DNA of 64,000 nt from Flavobacterium sp. (GTDB taxonomy: Bacteria; Bacteroidota; Bacteroidia; Flavobacteriales; Flavobacteriaceae), in contig NZ_JBILQL010000005.1 in NCBI RefSeq assembly GCF_044373165.1, positions 1,046 to 65,045 of the forward strand, in the 5' to 3' direction. Positions 1 to 8,168 of this stretch are shown here, piece by piece; the first letter of the stretch is position 1, and every line of letters begins with the position of its first letter. Under the pieces are notes generated by a model that had not been told where the DNA came from, made no database searches, and worked only from the letters and a program-made list of their open reading frames with translations. A program made the position numbers and the translations under genes.

Positions 1-1170
1 GAAATGCTCAAAAAAGAACTGCAAATTTCTTTTGAAATGAAAGCTTGGTGGATAGAAAAAATGAGGTCTGAGGAATTCCCGCTGCGAGAAAAAATGACCT
101 GTTTTTGGCACAATCATTTTGTATCAACTTATCAAAAAGTAAAAGTCAATCATTGGATTTTCCAACACAACCAACTGCTTAGAGAAAATGCTTTCGGCAA
201 TTTCAAAACCCTGACCAAACAAGTCTTGCAAACCAATGCTATGGTCCGGTATTTGGACAATGTAGACAATAAACGGGATAAAATTAATGAGAATTTGAGT
301 CGGGAATTATTGGAACTTTTCACCCTGGGCATCGGGAATTATTCGGAAGAAGATATTAAAAACGGCGCTAAAGGTTTGGCCGGATTAAACCTCGGTGAAG
401 ACAAGGCTATCTATCGTAAGCTATTGGAAAATAATGATCCCATAACCTATTTCGGTAAGAACGGGAAATTCAAAGTTGAGGAAATGGTAAATATTATTTT
501 CGAACAAAAAGCTGTGCCTTATTTGCTCACTCGAAAAATACTGCAGTGGTTTATTTATGATAATCCGCCGGAAACATTGGTAACCTACTATGGTGATTAT
601 TTCAGAAAAGTGAATTTTGAAGTTCAACCGCTACTGGCCAAAATCTTTATCGAAGAATTTTCAAAAGATACAGCGGGAAGCAAAATCAAAGACCCGTTGG
701 TTTTCATCATGCAGCTGATGCACGAATTAAACGCCACTCAAATGAACCCGAAACTAATCGCTTTTTTTCTGAAACAACAAGGCATGGATTTATTCAACCA
801 ACCCAATGTAAAAGGCTGGAATGGCGGCAAAGAATGGTTGACTTCTCAAATCTATTTGCAGCGGAATAATGTTGCCGATTTGCTTTGTGACGGCCGAAGT
901 TGGAACCGAAGAATACAATTCTCCAACGAAATGATGACCGAAAACGGAGCACCATTAAAAGTTAGGGTCAACTGGAATAAAAACGGCAACCATCAATCCA
1001 TTATAGCAGATCTGACCAACCGATTGCTCTTCAAAACCGATGATAATTTGCAAAAAGAATGGGAAACCATCTTAAAATATGATTTCAATCCGAAAGCTGA
1101 AAATGCAGATTATGCGGTGCTTCGATTGTTTAATGCGATGGTCAAAACACCCGAATTTCAAATCATTTAG
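1..1170 (+). CDS. DUF1800 family protein, N-terminus probably cut by window edge
   Basis: ORF 4..1170 with frame open back to base 1. FWHNHFVS, RYLDN and ELFTLG motifs as in DUF1800. Stop lies 2 nt before a DUF1501 gene, its usual partner. Confidence 0.8.
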   Translation, partial: EMLKKELQISFEMKAWWIEKMRSEEFPLREKMTCFWHNHFVSTYQKVKVNHWIFQHNQLLRENAFGNFKTLTKQVLQTNAMVRYLDNVDNKRDKINENLSRELLELFTLGIGNYSEEDIKNGAKGLAGLNLGEDKAIYRKLLENNDPITYFGKNGKFKVEEMVNIIFEQKAVPYLLTRKILQWFIYDNPPETLVTYYGDYFRKVNFEVQPLLAKIFIEEFSKDTAGSKIKDPLVFIMQLMHELNATQMNPKLIAFFLKQQGMDLFNQPNVKGWNGGKEWLTSQIYLQRNNVADLLCDGRSWNRRIQFSNEMMTENGAPLKVRVNWNKNGNHQSIIADLTNRLLFKTDDNLQKEWETILKYDFNPKAENADYAVLRLFNAMVKTPEFQII

Positions 1171-1172
1171 CC

Positions 1173-2339
1173 ATGAACAGAAGAAACTTTTTAACCCTTA
1201 CCGGAACATTTACCGGCGGTGCTTTACTGCTGCCGGATTTTCTTCATGCTTTTGGAAGTCAGCGTAGTTTGGTTATCGGTGAGCCATGTTTGGTTTTTAT
1301 CCAACTCAACGGCGGTAACGACGGACTGAATACTTATATTCCTTATGACAATCCGTTGTATTACGAATTAAGAACAAAAATTGCGATATCCAAGGACAAT
1401 GTTATCGGAAAAAACAAGGGAATGGCTTTTCATCCGGCCTTGAAAAATTTTGCCGATATGCAACAAAACGGTGACTTGAGTATCCTTCAAAATGTAGGTT
1501 ATCCTGAACCCAATCGTTCGCATTTCCGCAGTCAGGAAATTTGGCAAACAGCTTCCAATTCAAACCAATATTTAAGCGAAGGTTGGTTGGGACGTTATTT
1601 GGATTTGCAATGCAAAGAACACCAACCTACAGCCGGCGTCAACTTGGATTCGATTGACAATTTGGCTTTGAAAGGCAATGAACCTAATTTTGTAACGGTC
1701 AAAGATCCAAATCGTTTTAAAATCAGAAATGACAAAGACGATATGATAAAACTGTCCGACAACCCGCAATTGGATTTTGTGCGTAAAATAGCCAATTCAG
1801 TTACTGAAGGTTCGGAAGAAATTCAACATGCTTTAGCCAAATCAACCTCTGAAATGAGTTATCCCAAAACAAACTTGGGTAAGAATTTAGAATGGATAGC
1901 CCGACTCATCAAAGGCAATCTCAACTCCAAAATATATTACACTTCGCAAAACGGATACGATACTCATGACAACCAATTAGGCATTCACCAACGCAATCTT
2001 GAAGAATTGAACGATGCTGTTTTTAGTTTTTACAGTGATTTAAAGAAAGTCGATTTACTGCAAAACGTGACTGTCGTTGTTTTTTCGGAATTTGGCCGAA
2101 GAGTCAAAGACAACGGCAACGGAACCGATCACGGAACCGCCGCACCCATGTTTATAATTGGCGGAAATAACAAAGGTAAAATCATTGGCAATAATCCGAA
2201 TTTATCCGATTTAGACCAAGGCGATTTAAAATACGAGATTGACTTTAGAAGCATTTATGGCCGATTATTGCAACAAAAAATGAACTTTAATCCTCAAACC
2301 ATCGGGATCAACTCAAAGCCTATTGACGGTCTTTTTTAA
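1173..2339 (+). CDS. DUF1501 family protein, Tat-exported, sulfatase/alkaline-phosphatase-like
   Basis: Twin-arginine leader MNRRNFLTLTG. GGNDGLN, YDTHDNQ, SEFGRR and GTDHG motifs typical of DUF1501. Confidence 0.85.
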   Translation: MNRRNFLTLTGTFTGGALLLPDFLHAFGSQRSLVIGEPCLVFIQLNGGNDGLNTYIPYDNPLYYELRTKIAISKDNVIGKNKGMAFHPALKNFADMQQNGDLSILQNVGYPEPNRSHFRSQEIWQTASNSNQYLSEGWLGRYLDLQCKEHQPTAGVNLDSIDNLALKGNEPNFVTVKDPNRFKIRNDKDDMIKLSDNPQLDFVRKIANSVTEGSEEIQHALAKSTSEMSYPKTNLGKNLEWIARLIKGNLNSKIYYTSQNGYDTHDNQLGIHQRNLEELNDAVFSFYSDLKKVDLLQNVTVVVFSEFGRRVKDNGNGTDHGTAAPMFIIGGNNKGKIIGNNPNLSDLDQGDLKYEIDFRSIYGRLLQQKMNFNPQTIGINSKPIDGLF

Positions 2340-2373
2340 TTTTGTAGCATTTTTACCTAAGAATTAAGTTAAC

Positions 2374-2401
2374 AAATCCCCATTGATGGGGATTTTTTTT
2401 T
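2374..2401 (+). terminator. Rho-independent terminator after the DUF1501 gene
   Basis: AAATCCCC-attgat-GGGGATTT hairpin followed by a 9-T run, about 35 nt after the stop. Identical copy at 5323..5349. Confidence 0.8.
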
Positions 2402-2448
2402 ACAAAATAAATTCTCATCTTTGAGGAAACAACATAAACCTTAAAATC

Positions 2449-2898
2449 ATGACAGTATACGAATCAGAAGGAACCTTTGACAATAAAGATCAAAAATTCA
2501 ACATAAAAATTCAAACCACTGATATCAGTCCGGATGAGTTTTACATCAGCACTTTCTACAACATCTGTGATGAAAACCGGTATGCTATTGTAGGCATATT
2601 ACAAACTAAAGACGGTAATATAACCGATTTTAGTAATTACCCGCCCGACAGTGTTTTAAATGAAGTTGACATCCCTTTTGCGAACCTAAACAACAGTTAT
2701 TTACAAACGGGAGATAAAGACATTTTCAAAATTGAAGAAGGGGAAAAAATCGATGTCTATATCCACCACGGTATTGGATTTAATCCCAAAAAAAATGCAG
2801 CAGACAACGAATACATAGAAAATTACAAAAAAGGAATTTATGCGCATTTGGAAGCTGGTTCTCCCCCGGGGAGTAAAGGAGATGGCGGTTTAAATTAG
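2449..2898 (+). CDS. hypothetical protein (149 aa), first gene of the two-component cassette
   Basis: ATG-started ORF with no signal peptide or TM and no family recognised. Stop is 8 nt before the kinase gene. The coding call rests on length and operon position. Confidence 0.55.
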   Translation: MTVYESEGTFDNKDQKFNIKIQTTDISPDEFYISTFYNICDENRYAIVGILQTKDGNITDFSNYPPDSVLNEVDIPFANLNNSYLQTGDKDIFKIEEGEKIDVYIHHGIGFNPKKNAADNEYIENYKKGIYAHLEAGSPPGSKGDGGLN

Positions 2899-2906
2899 CA
2901 TTAATA

Positions 2907-4685
2907 TTGAAAACTATATTCACCAAACTATTTTTATTGACGTTGATTTTTTTCAACAGCTTGACTGTTTTTTCACAAGATGAACAGTTACTAAAACTTG
3001 AAGCTGAATTTGAAAAAATTGACTATAAAACCCGTTTGAATAAATTAAAAAGTATAGACCTTAACAAGTTATCGGTTCGAGAAAAAGCATTGGTAGAACA
3101 TTTATATGGTAAGACATATTATTTGTATAATTCAGGTAATGGCGCTGTTGAACATTTTATTAAAGCCAAAAATCTATACATAAAAGCCAAAGATTATGAT
3201 AAGGTTACTGAACTTTCTTTAACTCTAGCAGAACAAAAAAGACTTTCAGAATATAAGTATGAGGAATATAAACCCTTACTTGATGAAGCCATTAGATATG
3301 CTGAAAAAAGTAACAAAGATGATTTGCTATGTGCCACATACTTGGAAGTTGGTATAAGCTTACAAAAAGCAGAACCACAAAAAGCAATAGAGTTCCATGA
3401 AAAGGGGTTAAAAATTGCCCGAAAAATAAAAAATCAAATTTATGAAATTAGATTCAACAGAAATATTGGATTGACTTATTGTGAATTTTTAAAAGACTTT
3501 GAAAAAGCCCTTTATTATCAAAATCTGTCTTTGGAACAAAGTAGAGAAATAAAATATACTGAAGGTGTTGCCTATGCTTATGTGAATTTAGCCTCAATAG
3601 CAAGAAATTTAGGAGAATTTGAAAAAGCAATCAAATATTACAATATTGCTGAAAATTTAAAGTTTGACAATTACAGGACAAATTTCAACATAATTCTTTA
3701 CCAATATATCTCTGATACTTACCGACAGATGAAGGACTTTGAGAAGGCTATCGAGTATTTAGACAAAAAAAAGGTACTCGAGGAAATTGTTAGTAAAAGA
3801 GATGAAGAAAAATACATCCGTGACATCAACACCAAATACGAAACCAAAGAAAAAGAACTCGAAAACCAAGAACTAAAACTTAAAGACGAGAAAAATAAAC
3901 TGGTCATTTACAGCTTTATAGGTCTGTTTTTAATAATCCTAGCGGGAGCTTATTTCCGCATCAGTCACATCAATAAAAAGAAAAAAATAGCTGAGCAAGA
4001 ACGATTAATTGAAAGTCAAAAACTCGAAAACGTCTTAAAAGACCAAGAGCTGAAAGAAATAGATAAAATCTTAGAAGGCCAGGAAAAGGAGCGGCTCAAA
4101 ATTGCCAACGATTTACATGATAACTTGGGAAGCATATTGGCTACTTTGAAGCTTAATTTTCAAAATCTCTACTCCCAAAAAAACAAAAATGAGGAAAACG
4201 GACAAGCACTTTTTGACAAAACCAATGAGTTGATTGAAGAAGCTTATCAGAAAGTGCGTGGCATGGCTCATGCAAAAAATGCCGGCGTAATTGGCAGCGA
4301 AGGCTTGGTTCCTGCAGTGCAAAACATTGCCAAAAAAATTGCCATTCCCGGTAAACTAACAGTACAGGTGATTCCTTTCGGAATGACCAAAAGATTCGAA
4401 AATGCTATGGAGGTTACCTTGTTTCGAATGATTCAGGAACTTTTAACCAACGCCATTAAACATGCAGAAGCCACAGCAATTACGATTAGTTTAACCCAAG
4501 ACGAAGAAAGCATCAACATTATAATTGAAGATAACGGTAAAGGTTTTAACCCGAAAAAAACGGCTAAAAATGACGGCATGGGTTTAAGCAACATCACCAA
4601 AAAAGTAGAACAACTCAACGGAACTTTCAACATTGACAGTTTTGAAGGTAAAGGCAGCTCCATAATAATTGACATCCCATTATGA
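2907..4685 (+). CDS. TPR-repeat sensor histidine kinase (HisKA_3 / NarL-partner type)
   Basis: A TTG start is needed to encode the signal peptide MKTIFTKLFLLTLIFFNSLTVFSQ. TPR-like repeats, a coiled coil, one TM (LVIYSFIGLFLIILAGAYF), H-box ANDLHDNLGS, N-box LLTNAIKHA, and G-boxes DNGKGF and GMGLSN. Confidence 0.85.
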   Translation: MKTIFTKLFLLTLIFFNSLTVFSQDEQLLKLEAEFEKIDYKTRLNKLKSIDLNKLSVREKALVEHLYGKTYYLYNSGNGAVEHFIKAKNLYIKAKDYDKVTELSLTLAEQKRLSEYKYEEYKPLLDEAIRYAEKSNKDDLLCATYLEVGISLQKAEPQKAIEFHEKGLKIARKIKNQIYEIRFNRNIGLTYCEFLKDFEKALYYQNLSLEQSREIKYTEGVAYAYVNLASIARNLGEFEKAIKYYNIAENLKFDNYRTNFNIILYQYISDTYRQMKDFEKAIEYLDKKKVLEEIVSKRDEEKYIRDINTKYETKEKELENQELKLKDEKNKLVIYSFIGLFLIILAGAYFRISHINKKKKIAEQERLIESQKLENVLKDQELKEIDKILEGQEKERLKIANDLHDNLGSILATLKLNFQNLYSQKNKNEENGQALFDKTNELIEEAYQKVRGMAHAKNAGVIGSEGLVPAVQNIAKKIAIPGKLTVQVIPFGMTKRFENAMEVTLFRMIQELLTNAIKHAEATAITISLTQDEESINIIIEDNGKGFNPKKTAKNDGMGLSNITKKVEQLNGTFNIDSFEGKGSSIIIDIPL

Positions 4686-5296
4686 TAACTGTAATCATAG
4701 CAGAAGACCACCAAGCGCTCATCGACGGAATGAAGTCCTTTCTTAAAAATGAAAGTGATATCCAAATCATCGGACATGCTAACGACGGCGAAGCCTTAAT
4801 TGAAAAGGCCAGAAAGCTAAAACCGGATGTTATCATCACAGACATCCGAATGCCCAAATGCGATGGGATTGTGGCTACAAAAACAATAAAAACAGAACTG
4901 CCCAATACCAAAATCATTGCCTTCAGCATGTTTGATCATGATGGCGCAATTTCTCAAATGAAAGAAGCCGGAGCTTCCGGATACATCATGAAAAATTCTT
5001 CACTTCAAACTGTTTTAGATGCTATACGAGCAGTTAGTCAAGGCTATTCCTATTTTGTCAATGAAACCGAAAACGAATACGAAACCTCTAAAAACGAATT
5101 GTTTTTCAGTTCACGAGAAAAAGAAATTTTGCAACTAATTGCCGAGGGAAAATCATCTCAAGAAATCGCAGAAACACTCTTTATTGGAAAATCAACTGTC
5201 GATTCCCACCGGAAAAACATGTCAAAAAAAATCAAAACCATCGGCAAAAGCGATTTGATAAAATTTGCCATAGAGCGAAAATACGACTATTTGTAA
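4682..5296 (+). CDS. NarL/LuxR-family response regulator
   Basis: ATGA start/stop overlap with the kinase (4682-4685). Receiver domain with DVIITDIRMP. C-terminal LuxR HTH (REKEILQLIAEGKSSQEIAETLFIGKSTVDSHRKN). Confidence 0.9.
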   Translation: MITVIIAEDHQALIDGMKSFLKNESDIQIIGHANDGEALIEKARKLKPDVIITDIRMPKCDGIVATKTIKTELPNTKIIAFSMFDHDGAISQMKEAGASGYIMKNSSLQTVLDAIRAVSQGYSYFVNETENEYETSKNELFFSSREKEILQLIAEGKSSQEIAETLFIGKSTVDSHRKNMSKKIKTIGKSDLIKFAIERKYDYL

Positions 5297-5322
5297 GAGT
5301 ATTACCTTTGATTCAACAATAA

Positions 5323-5349
5323 AAATCCCCATTGATGGGGATTTTTTTT
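5323..5349 (+). terminator. Rho-independent terminator after the response regulator
   Basis: Same AAATCCCC-attgat-GGGGATTT hairpin plus an 8-T run as at 2374..2401. Confidence 0.8.
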
Positions 5350-5584
5350 ATGCTTTTCTTTTCCGAATTTTAGATAATCAAAAACGTAATTTATTTAAGT
5401 TTTGGTTAGTTAATAAAAAAACCTGCTCTATTAATTGAAAAATTTTTTAGTGGTATTTGATCTTTCTCACAAGGGCAGGTTTAATTTTTTAAGTATAAGC
5501 CTGAAAATTAATATAGTCAACTCAGTTACCATCAATGTTAAAAACAACAGAGAAAATTAAGTTGACGTTTAGAAAAAGTACCTT

Positions 5585-6151
5585 ATGAAAGTTCGATTGG
5601 AAATCAACCAACTCACTATTGATCGCCCCAAAAAGCGTTGGAAAATATATTTTGTAATCGTGGCCGAACACCCAACAGATCCTGATAAAATGGTAGTAAC
5701 CACTTTGCCAAACGAACCCATTAAAATTACCCCAAATCAAGACAATAATATCCATTTTGACGATCAAGGCCCGGGAAGTGAAGGCCTACTTTTGTTAAAA
5801 AGAAATATGCCACCGGGAAAAGAATTGAATGTTCATTTCTATATAAGACATTCCAGGTCGACTGTAAGAAATGCGGGCAATTTTATGGAAGACATTGCTA
5901 CTGAACTCGGCATGGATGCTTTGGGGCCGATAGATAACATTTTAGGGTCTAAAATGACTTGGCTGGAAATAACCAAAAAATCGCTTCCACACATCGGAAA
6001 AGCATTGGCCAGAATACCCGACAGAGATATGGGGTTTGTTTCGATGTTCGAAAGATTTGGAGATGAATTTTTAGCTGACGGAGAAATAGATCGCAGAAAA
6101 ACAGGAGCGTACTGTAATATCGTGTACAGTTGGGCAATTGATGTTAAATAA
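5585..6151 (+). CDS. hypothetical protein (188 aa), orphan
   Basis: Clean ATG ORF preceded by a 288-nt AT-rich spacer. No signal peptide, TM or recognisable family motif. Confidence 0.5.
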   Translation: MKVRLEINQLTIDRPKKRWKIYFVIVAEHPTDPDKMVVTTLPNEPIKITPNQDNNIHFDDQGPGSEGLLLLKRNMPPGKELNVHFYIRHSRSTVRNAGNFMEDIATELGMDALGPIDNILGSKMTWLEITKKSLPHIGKALARIPDRDMGFVSMFERFGDEFLADGEIDRRKTGAYCNIVYSWAIDVK

Positions 6152-6180
6152 AAGTATACCTAACAATAAAAAAGTGAATT

Positions 6181-6408
6181 ATGTGTTGGAAAAATGTTGA
6201 AAACCAGTGTAAAATGATTTACGAAAAACCGTTTATCAATAATGAAAAACCTCATGAGCGAAAGTTCATCATCCAAATCATAGCTGATGAGTTTCCGGAT
6301 TTTTCTCGAGTAAGAATTGCTTCTGCAGTTGATCGCTGTTTTAAGATATTCCCCGCGCCGGTAGAACGCAAAACTTTATTGCATTTTGTGCAAAACAGTA
6401 TGCGTTAA
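6181..6408 (+). CDS. hypothetical small protein (75 aa, or shorter from an internal Met)
   Basis: ORF begins 29 nt after the previous gene. No recognisable motif. Coding status uncertain. Confidence 0.3.
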   Translation: MCWKNVENQCKMIYEKPFINNEKPHERKFIIQIIADEFPDFSRVRIASAVDRCFKIFPAPVERKTLLHFVQNSMR

Positions 6409-6583
6409 TCTCTACGGCACTCTATACCTACCACTCCGCCCTCTTATTATTTTGAGACTTTAGTAAGAGGGTTGTGGAGTGAAAATGTATATCAATCGTT
6501 TCCAAAGAGTATTCTTCAGCGAATCTTAGAAATACGATTTTTTGTATTTTAGCACCTCTCACTTTGTAAACCCAATTTGATAC

Positions 6584-6952
6584 ATGAAAAACAACATGCT
6601 GTCTATTCGTCCGTTCATTGGTACCAAAGACTTCAAAATCTCCAAAAGTTTTTATGCCGATTTAGGTTTTGAAGCCATCGAATTGTCAAATGATTTGTGT
6701 CTTTTAAAAATGAATACGGTTCACTTCTACCTCCAAAATGCTTATGTGAAAGATTGGGTCGATAATACAATGGTTTTTATAGAAGTGGAAAATGTGGAAA
6801 AATTCTACCGTAATCTTCTCGATTTAAAACTAACCTCAAAATATGATGCCGTTAAAATTGTTCCCATAAGAGCATTAGCTTGGGGAAAAGAATGCTTTGT
6901 CCATGATCCGTCGGGAATTCTCTGGCATTTTGGTGAATTTAAAAAATACTAA
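6584..6952 (+). CDS. VOC (glyoxalase/bleomycin-resistance) family protein
   Basis: 122 aa. A beta-alpha-beta-beta-beta style pattern (FYADLGFE ... FIEVENV ... ECFVHDPSGILWHF) typical of small VOC proteins. Confidence 0.7.
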   Translation: MKNNMLSIRPFIGTKDFKISKSFYADLGFEAIELSNDLCLLKMNTVHFYLQNAYVKDWVDNTMVFIEVENVEKFYRNLLDLKLTSKYDAVKIVPIRALAWGKECFVHDPSGILWHFGEFKKY

Positions 6953-6958
6953 AACAAC

Positions 6959-7687
6959 TTAATAAAGTAACTTCACTTCTTTCAACTCATAATAAGCAAA
7001 ACTGTCATCGCCTAATAAAACTTCCAGTTTTCCCTCTTTGGTTACACCCTTAATAATGCCCATAAATCGACTGCCATTGGGTAGTTCAAAAGCGGCAGGT
7101 TTGTCTCTTTTGAATAACAAATCATTGTAACGCATCCATGCCTCTTCTGTACGTTCGGGAAAAAGAACCAAATGCAACTTTAATGATTTGATAAATCCGT
7201 TGGCCATTTCTTCTAAATCATAAGTTTTATGGGTAATATTTGTTAACGAATTGGCTTGAGGTAAATGCTCAAAATCGGTCTGATTCAAATTCAATCCAAA
7301 ACCTACAACCGCTGTAAAACTGCCATCCGCTTTTATAGTATTTTCAATTAGTATGCCACCTACCTTTTTATTTTCTGCCATTATGTCGTTAGGCCATTTT
7401 ACAGTAACATTAACAATTCCATTCATAGATAATAAACCAATAGCCGCCAAAGCAACTGCTACATTGAAATCATAAATCGAAATCATATCGAGCGGCACAT
7501 CCTTAACCAATACACTAATAGTAAGGTTTTTACCAGACTCAGCAACCCATTCTGCACCCATTTGCCCTTTGCCATTGGTTTGCTCCAAGGCCATTACAGC
7601 AGTATAATTTTCAAGCCACTTTTCTTTAACCAACTTTTTTAAGTAGTCATTAGTAGAATCTATGGCATCGAGTTTGATTATAGGCAT
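6959..7687 (-). CDS. birA: biotin--[acetyl-CoA-carboxylase] ligase (group I, no HTH)
   Basis: QTNGKGQMGAEW biotin/ATP loop, KWPNDI, GGILIE. At 242 aa it has no N-terminal DNA-binding domain. Confidence 0.85.
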   Translation of the reverse strand: MPIIKLDAIDSTNDYLKKLVKEKWLENYTAVMALEQTNGKGQMGAEWVAESGKNLTISVLVKDVPLDMISIYDFNVAVALAAIGLLSMNGIVNVTVKWPNDIMAENKKVGGILIENTIKADGSFTAVVGFGLNLNQTDFEHLPQANSLTNITHKTYDLEEMANGFIKSLKLHLVLFPERTEEAWMRYNDLLFKRDKPAAFELPNGSRFMGIIKGVTKEGKLEVLLGDDSFAYYELKEVKLLY

Positions 7688-7749
7688 AATAGAAAAAAGT
7701 GAAGTGAATTTTTAAAGTTTTGTTAAGCAAAAATAAGTACAAAAAGTAA

Positions 7750-7757
7750 TACCTTTG
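7750..7757 (+). promoter_or_regulatory. Bacteroidota -7 promoter box (TACCTTTG) for rsfS-ftsH
   Basis: Exact match to TAnnTTTG, 21 nt upstream of the rsfS ATG. Confidence 0.45.
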
Positions 7758-7778
7758 CCAAATACACATAAATACTAG

Positions 7779-8150
7779 ATGACTAAAAAAGCAGTAAACT
7801 CAGATGTACTATTAGCCAGTATCATCAAAGGCATTGAAGAAGTAAAAGGAAATGACATTGACATACTCGATTTAAGAGCTATCGACACCGCCGTTTGTGA
7901 CTATTTTATAATTTGCAACGGTAATTCCAACACCCAAGTTAACGCCATTGTTAACTCCATTCAAAAATTAGTTTCCAAAGAATTAAAAGACAAACCTTGG
8001 CACGTGGAAGGCACGGACAACGGCGAGTGGGTTTTAATGGATTATGTTAATATTGTGGTACATGTATTCCAAAAACAAATACGAGAGTTCTACAATATTG
8101 AAGGACTTTGGGGTGATGCCCAAATCACATCTATCCCTACTAACTATTAA
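7779..8150 (+). CDS. rsfS: ribosome silencing factor RsfS
   Basis: 123 aa. DYFIICNGNSNTQV and WVLMDYVNIVVHVF motifs of the RsfS/iojap family. Confidence 0.9.
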   Translation: MTKKAVNSDVLLASIIKGIEEVKGNDIDILDLRAIDTAVCDYFIICNGNSNTQVNAIVNSIQKLVSKELKDKPWHVEGTDNGEWVLMDYVNIVVHVFQKQIREFYNIEGLWGDAQITSIPTNY

Positions 8151-8168
8151 AAATTGCGCTAATACTAT

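Noticed and set aside
2374-5349. Possibility that the two identical 27-mers are ends of a transposon or MITE
   Set aside because: They are direct repeats, not inverted. Each is itself a hairpin plus T-run placed right after a stop codon, so each works as a terminator. No transposase or integrase is present. The observation is kept only as a cassette-boundary finding.
5418-5483. AAACCTGC ... GCAGGTTT complementary 8-mers in the spacer upstream of the 188-aa orphan
   Set aside because: The stem is only 8 bp and encloses about 50 nt of AT-rich loop. It is not convincing as a structure, though it is followed by a short T-run.
5522-5767. 81-aa minus-strand ORF overlapping the start of the 188-aa orphan
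   Set aside because: It is hydrophobic and low-complexity, overlaps the longer plus-strand ORF, and has no start context. The plus-strand ORF is the more parsimonious explanation, although neither is proven.
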